Positions 50,493-58,886 of a stretch of 64,000 nt of DNA are shown one piece after another. The stretch lies in assembly GCA_965238075.1 (NCBI GenBank), contig OZ250173.1, positions 480,001 to 544,000 of the forward strand, read 5' to 3'. Source of the stretch: Candidatus Entotheonellaceae bacterium (GTDB lineage: Bacteria > Tectomicrobia > Entotheonellia > Entotheonellales > Entotheonellaceae). The notes beneath the pieces were generated by a model, which worked only from the letters and a program-made list of their open reading frames with translations, did not search any database and was not told where the DNA came from. Both the position numbers and the translations under genes were made by a program. Every line of letters starts with the position of its first letter. Position 1 is the first letter of the stretch.

Positions 50493-50520
50493 TTGACCTG
50501 GGTAACTCTAGGGACATAAT
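50493..50520 (+). promoter_or_regulatory. Possible sigma70 promoter upstream of the MTase remnant
   Basis: TTGACC-16 bp-CATAAT. Confidence 0.35.
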
Positions 50521-50558
50521 TTCACGGTCTCTTCCGCCCGCAAGCGAATCGACTCCAT

Positions 50559-50910
50559 ATGAAGCAAGGCCCGCCCGTGACCGAAGCCAACACCCCTCCG
50601 ATAGATTCCCCAAGCAGTGACGTTGAAATTCTGATCGGCGACAGCCGCGACGTGCTGAGCCGGCTGGAGGTCCAGTCCGTGCAATGCTGTGTCACCTCGC
50701 CGCCGTACTTTGGGTTGAGGGACTGCGAACATGCCGAGCAAATTGGCGCTGAAGCCTCCCCTGAGGACTACGTGGAGAATCTGGTGCGGATTTTCCGGGA
50801 AGTCCGACGGGTGCTGAGGAACGACGGAACACTGTGGCTGAATGTCGGCTACGGCTACGCTCGTAACGGCGGCACCGGGAAAAGTGGCCCCAACGCGCAA
50901 GTCGGCAATG
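50559..50910 (+). pseudogene. N4/N6 DNA methyltransferase, N-terminal fragment
   Basis: IGDSRDVL, CVTSPPYFGLRD, RRVLRNDGTLWLN; SAM-binding C-terminal half absent. Confidence 0.8.
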
Positions 50911-50911
50911 C

Positions 50912-51422
50912 ACTGACAATCAAACCCTGTCAGCCGCCCTTGGCCATGGGTATATCGTGACCCCGGACATCGTCGTTGCCCGTCACCCTGCCACGCACGA
51001 AGATGTCAACACGTCCCGCGACTTCCTGGACAATGCGGCCTTAGCCTCGCTCACCCCGTTCCTGGCAAGAAATCAGTCAACCAGCCTGCCGTTCCTGCAC
51101 GCCAGCGTGTCGTGCAAGTGGACGGATCCGAAGCGATCGTTCCCAAAACACCCGTACCGAAGCACTCAACCTCATTCGCAATCGCAAGGGCAACTTGCCA
51201 CATATCGTGGCGGTAACGGCCGAACCCCTCCCGATGCGGATTGCATCCCTGGCTCTCGGCACGGGCGACCTGGACTGCGTGTATCACTTCGCCTTGGACG
51301 AGTTGAGGGAGGTGTGCGAATCGCTTCCCGGGTGCGAAGACCAAGCGGAGATGCTGGCAACCATGGTTGAGGGAGACAGAATGCGAGACATCAGCGACCT
51401 GCCGTTTGACCTTGCTGTTTGA
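50912..51422 (+). pseudogene. NgoMIV-family type II restriction endonuclease, C-terminal fragment with frameshift
   Basis: ALGHGYIVTPDIVV...LHASVSCKWT/[+1 G ~51124]/IRSDRSQNTRTEALNLIRNRKGNLPHIVAVTAEP...GDLDCVYHFAL...DISDLPFDLAV*. Confidence 0.8.
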
Positions 51423-51464
51423 TACTTCCCCTCTCCAAACCCGTTGACCGGACAGCCCGACTGT

Positions 51465-52262
51465 TCAATCGTCATCTCCCGGGGGTTGAAAACCGGGTAT
51501 GGATCTGAAGAGCATGGACACGACTGCGGGTGGCGCCTTCACAGCCAAGTCTGCAAGGATGCCTTGAAGGGCCTGCTCAGGGCTCCGACCCTGCAGGAGT
51601 TCGTCGGGTGATACGGAATCGTCCCCGTCAGAATCGTAGGAGCCGATCAGGTGAGTGACAACGAAGGGGCCCAATGCGGAAGCCGCAAGTTGGGAGATAA
51701 GGAGCTTGTCTAAAGATACGAACGCTTCTCGCTGCCGGGCGACAACCCCCTGATAGGCAATGAAGAAACTCCCCGCACGCATCGCTTGCCGAAGCTCGGC
51801 ACGGGAAAATACCCCGTCTCCGGTGACGTCGACCAGGTCGGTAACAACCGCGACACACCGTGGCGTGACGCCTTCCATGCGCCTGCACAGCGTGACGAAA
51901 TCATCGAGTTCGCTGAAAACGGTAACAACGTCGGCAAGCAGCAGGGACATGGACCCCGGCAGCGCATCGCATGGCTTGAGATTATCCACGGACAGGACCC
52001 GTTCATGCGCTTCGCCTTTCACCCTCAGAATCAAGGATCCGCCCACCCATTCAGCCGGGACGACCGCCACCCGGGTTGCCAGCCCCTCCCCTTCGATCAT
52101 CAGGGCGATACGCGCATTCACGAGGAGCGTGAGACCATCTTTACCGCAGGCGGCTGTGCTCCAGATGCCCGCCGCCCGCTCCGCTACGGGCTCGGCTGCA
52201 GATGACAAGCCGGACAATAGGAAAGCTGCAAGGCCAGCTATCAAGTAAGTAGACCATCTCAT
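51465..52262 (-). CDS. Exported protein with two EF-hand-like loops
   Basis: Signal peptide; DVTGDGVFSRAE and DSDGDDSVSPDE. Confidence 0.6.
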   Translation of the reverse strand: MRWSTYLIAGLAAFLLSGLSSAAEPVAERAAGIWSTAACGKDGLTLLVNARIALMIEGEGLATRVAVVPAEWVGGSLILRVKGEAHERVLSVDNLKPCDALPGSMSLLLADVVTVFSELDDFVTLCRRMEGVTPRCVAVVTDLVDVTGDGVFSRAELRQAMRAGSFFIAYQGVVARQREAFVSLDKLLISQLAASALGPFVVTHLIGSYDSDGDDSVSPDELLQGRSPEQALQGILADLAVKAPPAVVSMLFRSIPGFQPPGDDD

Positions 52263-52484
52263 TCATTTTCCCTCCCGATTGCCGCCCCGAACGGCGACGG
52301 TCGTGCAAGCGTTGGTTTTTTCATCATACCCCAAGGTCCGCGAATGTCTGTCTGCCGCGGCCCAGATCCGCGGAGCGCCCGTACAAATGGCATTCCCCCG
52401 CACCATGCGGTACAATCGCATCCCGCCAAATGGCCTCACGCATCCACGACCTTCCGAGTTGCAACCCACAATGAGAACGGCGCC

Positions 52485-53255
52485 GTGACGGATGTTTCCC
52501 GCAGGGCATGGCTGAAGCGCATGATCGAGGATGCGGACACGTGGCAAGGCTGGGTTTTCGACCACGTGGTTAAGGGCTTGATCGGCTTCTCGATCATCAG
52601 CTATGCCGTCGAGACATTGCCGGATTTGTCCCCCCGCATGCAGTACTTCCTATATGTCCTGGAAGTGACCGTCGTTATCATTTTCACCGTGGAATACGCC
52701 CTGCGGATCTACGTCGCGGACAAGAAGCTGGCCTACATCTTCAGTCTGCTGGGCCTCATCGACCTGTTGGCCATCCTGCCGTTCTACGTCTTCCATGGCG
52801 GCGCCGATTCCCGCGCTTTGCGTGCCATGCGTTTGTTGCGGATCGCCAGGACGTTCAAGCTGTTCCGCTACAATCAGGCCGTTGATCGACTGGTGCGGGC
52901 CGTGGTCATCGCCAAGGAAGAAATCGTGCTGTTTTTCTCCCTCACGGCCATAGCCTTGTACCTCGCCGCCAGCGGCATCCACTTCTTTGAGAGTGAGGTG
53001 CAGCCCGACAAATTCGGCTCGATTTTCCATGGCCTGTGGTGGGCCGTCGTGACCCTGACCACCGTGGGCTACGGCGATGTCTATCCCATCACCATGGGCG
53101 GGCGGGTGTTCACCTTTCTCATCCTCATGATCGGCATGGGCATCATCGCCGTGCCCCCCGGCATCATCTCCTCGGCCCTCTCCAAAGCCCGCCAGGAACA
53201 GGACAAGACGCTGGAATCCGAATCCTCCAAGCAAGGCACTGAGACGGACACGTAA
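52485..53255 (+). CDS. Voltage-gated potassium channel-like ion transporter
   Basis: S4 LRAMRLLRIARTFKLFR, pore TLTTVGYGD. Confidence 0.9.
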   Translation: MTDVSRRAWLKRMIEDADTWQGWVFDHVVKGLIGFSIISYAVETLPDLSPRMQYFLYVLEVTVVIIFTVEYALRIYVADKKLAYIFSLLGLIDLLAILPFYVFHGGADSRALRAMRLLRIARTFKLFRYNQAVDRLVRAVVIAKEEIVLFFSLTAIALYLAASGIHFFESEVQPDKFGSIFHGLWWAVVTLTTVGYGDVYPITMGGRVFTFLILMIGMGIIAVPPGIISSALSKARQEQDKTLESESSKQGTETDT

Positions 53256-53335
53256 CGCGTTGTCCACGCGCCGGAGCGTCTGGCCGGCAACGACACGCCG
53301 TTGGGCCGTAGACTCGATATCCTGGATGAGACCCG

Positions 53336-54364
53336 ATGCTGGACCTGGAACGTCTGAATTTTGACGCGGGGATGTCTTTTGAAGACGCCAACACCCTGCT
53401 GTATCGGTTGGGGATTACGGATGGCCTGCCTGTGGTGCCGCCGACAGGGGATCGTGTCGCAGCAATGGTGGGGGAGCGGGAGCCGTCCCGGGTGGTGGCG
53501 ACGCTACCGCCGATGCGGGGCCGGGCAACGGTGCGGGGACTGGCCATGTGCGCCGTCATGGCGGGGTGTCGACCCGATGACTTCAATGTCCTGCAGGCGG
53601 CGACCGCGGCGGTGGCGGCGCCGGAATTCAACCTGTTCGGCATCCAGACAACGACCGGCACGGTGACGCCGATGCTCATCATCAACGGCCCGGTGATACA
53701 ACGCCTGGGGCTGAACACCGCGGCCAATGCCCTGGGCCCGGGCACGCGGGCCAACGCCGCGATCGGACGGGCACTGCAGTTCGTACTGCGAACGATCGGC
53801 GGCGCCGAGCCGGGCCGAGGCGACAGGGCGACGATGGGACAGCCAGGCAAATTCACCTTCTGCTGCGCGGAAAACGCCCTGGCGAGCCCGTGGGAAGCGC
53901 TGCACGTGTGGCGGGGATTTGCGGCGGAACAAAGCACGGTCACCGTGGTCGGGGCCACGGGTACGATGGAGATCGTGGACGCCGACAGCGTCAATGCCGA
54001 AGGCGTACTAACCACCATGGCGCATTCGATGACCATCGCCGGTAACGCAGGGAGGGACAACCTCCTGGGCAGCGGCGAGCCTTTGCTGCTGGTGGCCCCC
54101 GAGCACGCCGCGATCATTGCCCGGACCCACACCCGCCGGCAGGCACAGATTTTTCTGTTCGAGCACGCCCGGTTGCCGGTCGGGGCACTGGCGCCGGCTC
54201 AGGCGGCGCGCCTGCGGGGAACTTCGGTGACGGAATTGACAGTCGCGCCATGCCCGGAGGCCATCATGCTAGTGGTGCTGGGCGGGTCGGGAGCCAAATC
54301 GACCTACGTGCCGACGTGGGGCGGCGGCACACGGGCTGTAACTCGGGTCATTGAAGCAGGTTGA
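53336..54364 (+). CDS. Conserved hypothetical protein (TDGLPVVPPT family)
   Basis: TDGLPVVPPT, AVMAGC, RANAAIGRA, SPWEALH. Confidence 0.7.
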   Translation: MLDLERLNFDAGMSFEDANTLLYRLGITDGLPVVPPTGDRVAAMVGEREPSRVVATLPPMRGRATVRGLAMCAVMAGCRPDDFNVLQAATAAVAAPEFNLFGIQTTTGTVTPMLIINGPVIQRLGLNTAANALGPGTRANAAIGRALQFVLRTIGGAEPGRGDRATMGQPGKFTFCCAENALASPWEALHVWRGFAAEQSTVTVVGATGTMEIVDADSVNAEGVLTTMAHSMTIAGNAGRDNLLGSGEPLLLVAPEHAAIIARTHTRRQAQIFLFEHARLPVGALAPAQAARLRGTSVTELTVAPCPEAIMLVVLGGSGAKSTYVPTWGGGTRAVTRVIEAG

Positions 54365-54453
54365 CGGGGACGTTACACTTTGGCGCGCGGCGATTGCGCT
54401 ATGCAAGCAGCCGCATGGCCATCAAACCGAATGAAATGCTCAAGGGAACTGGC

Positions 54454-54723
54454 ATGGGAAAAGCAGCATGGGTCGCCGTAATCTTCTTCGTGCCCCTTGT
54501 CGGCGTGGTGCTCTACATGTCGCTAAGCTTCGACCAAGTCAGGTGCGACGTGTGCATCGAATATAAAGGGCAAACCCAATGCCGCTCGGCCGAAGGAATC
54601 GACGCCGAGACCGCCTCACGCACAGCGCGCGACAACGCCTGCGCCTTCCTGATCAGCAGCAAAACCGACGCCTTTTTGTGCGGCCAGGGGACGCCGAAAA
54701 GCATCAGTTGCCAACCCCAGTAG
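54454..54723 (+). CDS. Small membrane-anchored Cys-rich protein
   Basis: N-terminal TM then six Cys including CDVC. Confidence 0.65.
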   Translation: MGKAAWVAVIFFVPLVGVVLYMSLSFDQVRCDVCIEYKGQTQCRSAEGIDAETASRTARDNACAFLISSKTDAFLCGQGTPKSISCQPQ

Positions 54724-54755
54724 CCCGTCCAAACCTCACACGGAACACGTAAGCC

Positions 54756-55334
54756 ATGGCATCTCCGGAAGCCCCACCCGGAAAATCCGGTTCGTGGAAC
54801 GTCACCCTGCTGTTGCTCGCGCCACTGCTCGCCCTGGTGGTCATTCTGGCATACGGCTGGTGGACCCGCCCGGCTCCTGAACCCGACCTCGGACCGCGCG
54901 TCGGGCAGCCTCTGGCGGATTTCACCCTGCCGGACATGAACGGCAAGCCGGTGCACCTCGCCGCCCTGCGCGGCGAGGTCGTGTTCATCAATGTCTGGAC
55001 GACCTGGTGCCCGCCCTGCATCGAGGAGATGCCGACCATCCAGCGTCTCTACGAGGAAATGCACCCGCAGGGCCTTGTCGTCCTGGCGATCAACATGGAC
55101 GCCCTCGGCAGGCAAACCGTTGAGCCGTTCCTCGACAAACGACGCCTCACCTTCCCGGTCCTGCTCGATCCCGAGAGTCAAACCGAGCGTCTGTACCGAA
55201 CCGCCGGCGTGCCGGAGAGCTTCATTGTGGACAAGGCGGGCCTGCTGGTCGAAAAGATTGTGGGGCCGCGGGACTGGGCTCACCCGGAGATCATCGCCCT
55301 GTTTGAGCGCCTACTGGCGGCACCGCACGGCTAG
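54756..55334 (+). CDS. TlpA-family thiol-disulfide oxidoreductase
   Basis: TM anchor, INVWTTWCPPC, GVPESFIVD. Confidence 0.88.
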   Translation: MASPEAPPGKSGSWNVTLLLLAPLLALVVILAYGWWTRPAPEPDLGPRVGQPLADFTLPDMNGKPVHLAALRGEVVFINVWTTWCPPCIEEMPTIQRLYEEMHPQGLVVLAINMDALGRQTVEPFLDKRRLTFPVLLDPESQTERLYRTAGVPESFIVDKAGLLVEKIVGPRDWAHPEIIALFERLLAAPHG

Positions 55335-55428
55335 AGCATTTCCGGGTCGGATTGAATGATGTGTGGCTGGCGGCTTCAAGTAGATCGGTTAACGGAATGC
55401 CGGGTTACGCTTCGCCAAGCCGACCTAC
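55328..55428 (+). repeat. Composite repeat copy B (CTAGAGCATTTCC... arm, truncated REP, inverted REP copy 5)
   Basis: cggctagagcatttccgggtcggattgaatg...gtagatcggtta then gccgggttacgcttcgccaagccgacctac. Confidence 0.8.
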
Positions 55429-55504
55429 AGCTTGATGGCGAATTACTGAGACCCCACGTGATTGACAAGATGATGGTGGGAAAACATGAAATCCTGATGC
55501 TACA

Positions 55505-55605
55505 ACGGGGTGCTGCACGAGGCGCTGGAAGCTTTTTGGCGGCCCTGGATCAATGTTGCCTGGCTGACGTCACCCGCCGGAAGTCGCCCCTGATGCAACT
55601 ATTGA
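55505..55605 (+). pseudogene. Possible Rrf2/NsrR-family regulator C-terminal remnant
   Basis: GVLHEALEAF/[fs in T-run]/LAALDQCCLADVTRRKSPLMQLL resembles the NsrR C-terminal helices. Confidence 0.45.
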
Positions 55606-55633
55606 CCTCTCCCACTGATCTGCGAGCAGAATC

Positions 55634-56299
55634 TCAAGCGTAAGCCCCGGTTCGGTGCCGGACGATCTCGCCCTCGACGGTATAAATCACATCCTCAGCT
55701 ACGTTGGTCGCCAAGTCGCCGATGCGCTCCAGATGGCGGGCCACCGACAGCGTGTGCACCAAGCGCTCCACGTCGTCTGGGTTCGCGCGAATCTGATCCT
55801 GAATTTCCCGATGGATCTCTCGATTAAGGCGGTCCACTGCTCGGTCGTTGGCGCACACTTGGCGGGCCAGGGTGGTGTCGTCCTGCACTAGGGCGTCCAG
55901 GCTATGCCGCACCATCAACTCGACCTCGCGTGCCATGGCCGTCAGGCTTGATGGCAGCGTCTGGCGCGGATGCTGGGACAGATACTCGGCACGCCGCGCA
56001 ATGTTGACCGCCTTATCCGCCATGCGTTCCAGGTCGTTATTGATCTTCAGCACGGCGACGACAAACCGCAAGTCCACTGCTACCGGCTGATACAACGCAA
56101 GCAGCTTCAGGCAGTCCTCCTCCACCTCGACTTCCATTTGGTCCACGTCGTTGTCCCCTTCAACAACTTCGAGCGCCAGCGTCGCATCGTGTTTCACCAC
56201 CGAATCGATGGCCTTGGCGATGCGTTCCTCCACCATGGCGCTCAACCCCAAGAGCTTCTGCTTGAGGGCCTCGATTTCTCGCAGGAAATGCTGTGCCAC
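55634..56299 (-). CDS. phoU: Phosphate signalling protein PhoU
   Basis: YQPVAVDLR, DLERMAD, LERIGD, NVAEDVIY. Confidence 0.93.
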   Translation of the reverse strand: MAQHFLREIEALKQKLLGLSAMVEERIAKAIDSVVKHDATLALEVVEGDNDVDQMEVEVEEDCLKLLALYQPVAVDLRFVVAVLKINNDLERMADKAVNIARRAEYLSQHPRQTLPSSLTAMAREVELMVRHSLDALVQDDTTLARQVCANDRAVDRLNREIHREIQDQIRANPDDVERLVHTLSVARHLERIGDLATNVAEDVIYTVEGEIVRHRTGAYA

Positions 56300-56364
56300 T
56301 GGACCTCCCCTTTTTTTCGCGCCCGCCGGGCGATACCGCGCACCCGGCCGCGCAGGACGGCGGT

Positions 56365-57183
56365 TTATCCGAAACGGCCCGTGATGTAGTCCTGGGTCTG
56401 CTTCTTGGCGGGAGACCTGAATATGTTGGCCGTCTCGCCAAACTCGATCAGCTCACCGAGGTACATGAAGGCCGTGTAATCCGACACTCGCGACGCCTGC
56501 TGCATGTTGTGCGTCACGATCAGCACCGTGTAGTTCTGCTTCAACTCGTGAATCAGGTCCTCGACGCGCCCGGTGGCGATGGGGTCCAGCGCCGAGCACG
56601 GCTCGTCCATGAGAATCACGTCCGGGTTCACCGCGATGGCGCGCGCGATGCACAGGCGCTGCATCTGGCCGCCCGAAAGCTGCAACGCTGATTCGCGCAG
56701 CCGGTCCTTCGCCTCTTCCCACAACGCCGCGCCGCGCAGACTGCGCTCGACCGTTTCGTCAAGCTGCGCCTTGTTGGTCACACCGGCAATGCGCAGGCCA
56801 TAGATGACATTTTCATAGATGGACTTGGGAAACGGGTTGTACTTCTGGAACACCATGCCAATCCGCCGCCGCAGGCGAATGACGTCCAGCGTCGGCACAT
56901 TGACGTTCTCGCCGTCCAGCTCGATCACGCCGTCCACCCGCACGTTCTCTATCAAGTCATTCATGCGGTTGAAGCACCGCAGCAGTGTCGATTTGCCGCA
57001 GCCCGACGGCCCGATGAACGCCGTCACCTGATTGCGCGGCACCAACATGCTGACGTCCTGCAACGCCATGACGCTGCCGTAGTAGAAATAGAGGTTCTCC
57101 ACCCTGATGATCGGATCGAGGATCTTGACCTCCTCCTCGACCAATTCGTCCGGCGCTTCCAACGGCTGATCTGGCAGTGCCAT
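56365..57183 (-). CDS. pstB: Phosphate ABC transporter ATPase
   Basis: [34 protein letters not shown]. Confidence 0.95.
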   Translation of the reverse strand: MALPDQPLEAPDELVEEEVKILDPIIRVENLYFYYGSVMALQDVSMLVPRNQVTAFIGPSGCGKSTLLRCFNRMNDLIENVRVDGVIELDGENVNVPTLDVIRLRRRIGMVFQKYNPFPKSIYENVIYGLRIAGVTNKAQLDETVERSLRGAALWEEAKDRLRESALQLSGGQMQRLCIARAIAVNPDVILMDEPCSALDPIATGRVEDLIHELKQNYTVLIVTHNMQQASRVSDYTAFMYLGELIEFGETANIFRSPAKKQTQDYITGRFG

Positions 57184-57200
57184 GCGATGTCCTCTCCTGA

Positions 57201-58868
57201 TTAAAACACCCCGGTCGCATACTTGCGCCGCAGCCGGTCACGAATCCAGATGGCCCCGACGTTGAGCACCATGACGAGGGCGATCAGCAGCAGGGTGGTC
57301 GCAAACACCATGGGTTTCGCCGCCTCGGAATCGGGCGACTGAAAGCCGAGATCAAAAATGTGAAACCCCAGATGCATGAACTTGCGATCCAGGTGAACAA
57401 AGGGGAAAACGCTGTCAACAGGCAGCGTTGGCGCCAGCTTCACGACGCCCACGAGCATCAATGGCGCCACTTCGCCGGCGCCGCGCGCCATGGCCAGAAT
57501 CAGCCCGGTGAGAATACCGGGAGCCGAGGCGGGCAGCACGATGCGTTGCATGGTCTGCCATTTCGAGGCGCCGCAGGCCAGCGAGCCCTCGCGCATGCCG
57601 CGCGGCACCGCGGCCAGGGCCTCCTCGGTCGCCACGATCACCACCGGCACGGTCATCAGCGCCAGAGTCAGCGACGCCCAGATCATGCCGCCGGTTCCAA
57701 AGGTCGGTGTCGGCAGCGCATCATGGAAGAACAATTCGTCGATGCTGCCACCGACAAAATACACAAAGAACCCGATTCCGAACACCCCGAAGACGATAGA
57801 AGGCACCCCGGCGAGGTTGTTAACCGCGATGCGCACGGTGCGCACGATGATGCCCTGCTTGGCATACTCGCGCAGGTACATGGCCGCCAGCACGCCGAAC
57901 GGCGTTACGGCCATGCTCATCAACACGGTCATGACGAAGGTGCCGAAGATGGCCGGGAAGACACCGCCCTCGGTGTTCGCCTCGCGGGGTTCATGGCTCA
58001 GAAAGGCCCACATGTTATGCGCGAACAGCCCAAGGCGGCTCCAGAAGCCAAGCTGGTTGGGAAAGTAATAGCCGACGATCTGTCCGAGCGGCAAGACGAC
58101 CTCGTCGCCGCTCGGGATACGGTACACGAGTTGGTTTTCGTCCTGCAGCCGTCGCAATTCCCGCGCCTCGCCGGCGAGATTCTCGTAACGCGCCTGCAAG
58201 GACGCCATAGCGTCCTCGATCGCCAAATAGGCGGCGGCGCCCGGCGGCGCGCCCTCGCGCTCCAGGGTATGCCGTTGCAGGCGCAACTGCGTCATCCTGG
58301 CGTTGATGGCGCCGATGGCGCTGTGTTCGAGGCGCTTGATCTCGCGCCGCCGCGCGGCAACCTCGCGTACCAGGTCTTCCAAACGGTCGGCAAAGCCGGG
58401 ACTATCGGACGGCCATTCATCCTCGCCTTGAATCCGCAGCGCCAGCGGCTCGCCAATAGCATCGCCGTACTCCAGACGCTCGATGCTCATCGCCTGCTCC
58501 GGATAACGCCACGCCACGATATCGTCGATATCGACGTAACGGAAGCTGAGCCCGTAGCGCTCCTTGTTGCCCACAAACAACTGCCATTCCACCTGCTGAC
58601 GCTGAGAAGCGGCTGGCGCCGTTTTAAGCTGCCGCTTCACCACCTCGCCAGCCAGAATCGGCGCCCCTGCAAGCCGCGCCGGGCTCTCGCTGGCCAGTTC
58701 CAGGTAAACGACGCGCTTGGGCCAGAACGCCGTCACGCCGTTGATCAGGATGAGCCCCAGCAGCGATACCACCATGACCAGCCCGACAGTCAGGCCCATC
58801 GCCGTGATCCAAACCATCGGCTCGCCCGACAGACTGCTTCGAGGCTTTGAGGATTCCCGCGACCGCAT
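57201..58868 (-). CDS. pstA: Phosphate ABC transporter permease with large soluble insert
   Basis: [38 protein letters not shown]. Confidence 0.92.
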   Translation of the reverse strand: MRSRESSKPRSSLSGEPMVWITAMGLTVGLVMVVSLLGLILINGVTAFWPKRVVYLELASESPARLAGAPILAGEVVKRQLKTAPAASQRQQVEWQLFVGNKERYGLSFRYVDIDDIVAWRYPEQAMSIERLEYGDAIGEPLALRIQGEDEWPSDSPGFADRLEDLVREVAARRREIKRLEHSAIGAINARMTQLRLQRHTLEREGAPPGAAAYLAIEDAMASLQARYENLAGEARELRRLQDENQLVYRIPSGDEVVLPLGQIVGYYFPNQLGFWSRLGLFAHNMWAFLSHEPREANTEGGVFPAIFGTFVMTVLMSMAVTPFGVLAAMYLREYAKQGIIVRTVRIAVNNLAGVPSIVFGVFGIGFFVYFVGGSIDELFFHDALPTPTFGTGGMIWASLTLALMTVPVVIVATEEALAAVPRGMREGSLACGASKWQTMQRIVLPASAPGILTGLILAMARGAGEVAPLMLVGVVKLAPTLPVDSVFPFVHLDRKFMHLGFHIFDLGFQSPDSEAAKPMVFATTLLLIALVMVLNVGAIWIRDRLRRKYATGVF

Positions 58869-58886
58869 GGCGCTCGCCTTCCGTGG

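Noticed and set aside
54362-54480. Selenocysteine read-through of the TGA ending 53336..54364
   Set aside because: The downstream frame has no recognisable protein pattern or redox-motif context and overlaps the next gene in another frame
17944-55428. CRISPR array from the ~30-bp palindromic repeats
   Set aside because: Copies are kilobases apart, diverged and not separated by regular spacers; no cas genes
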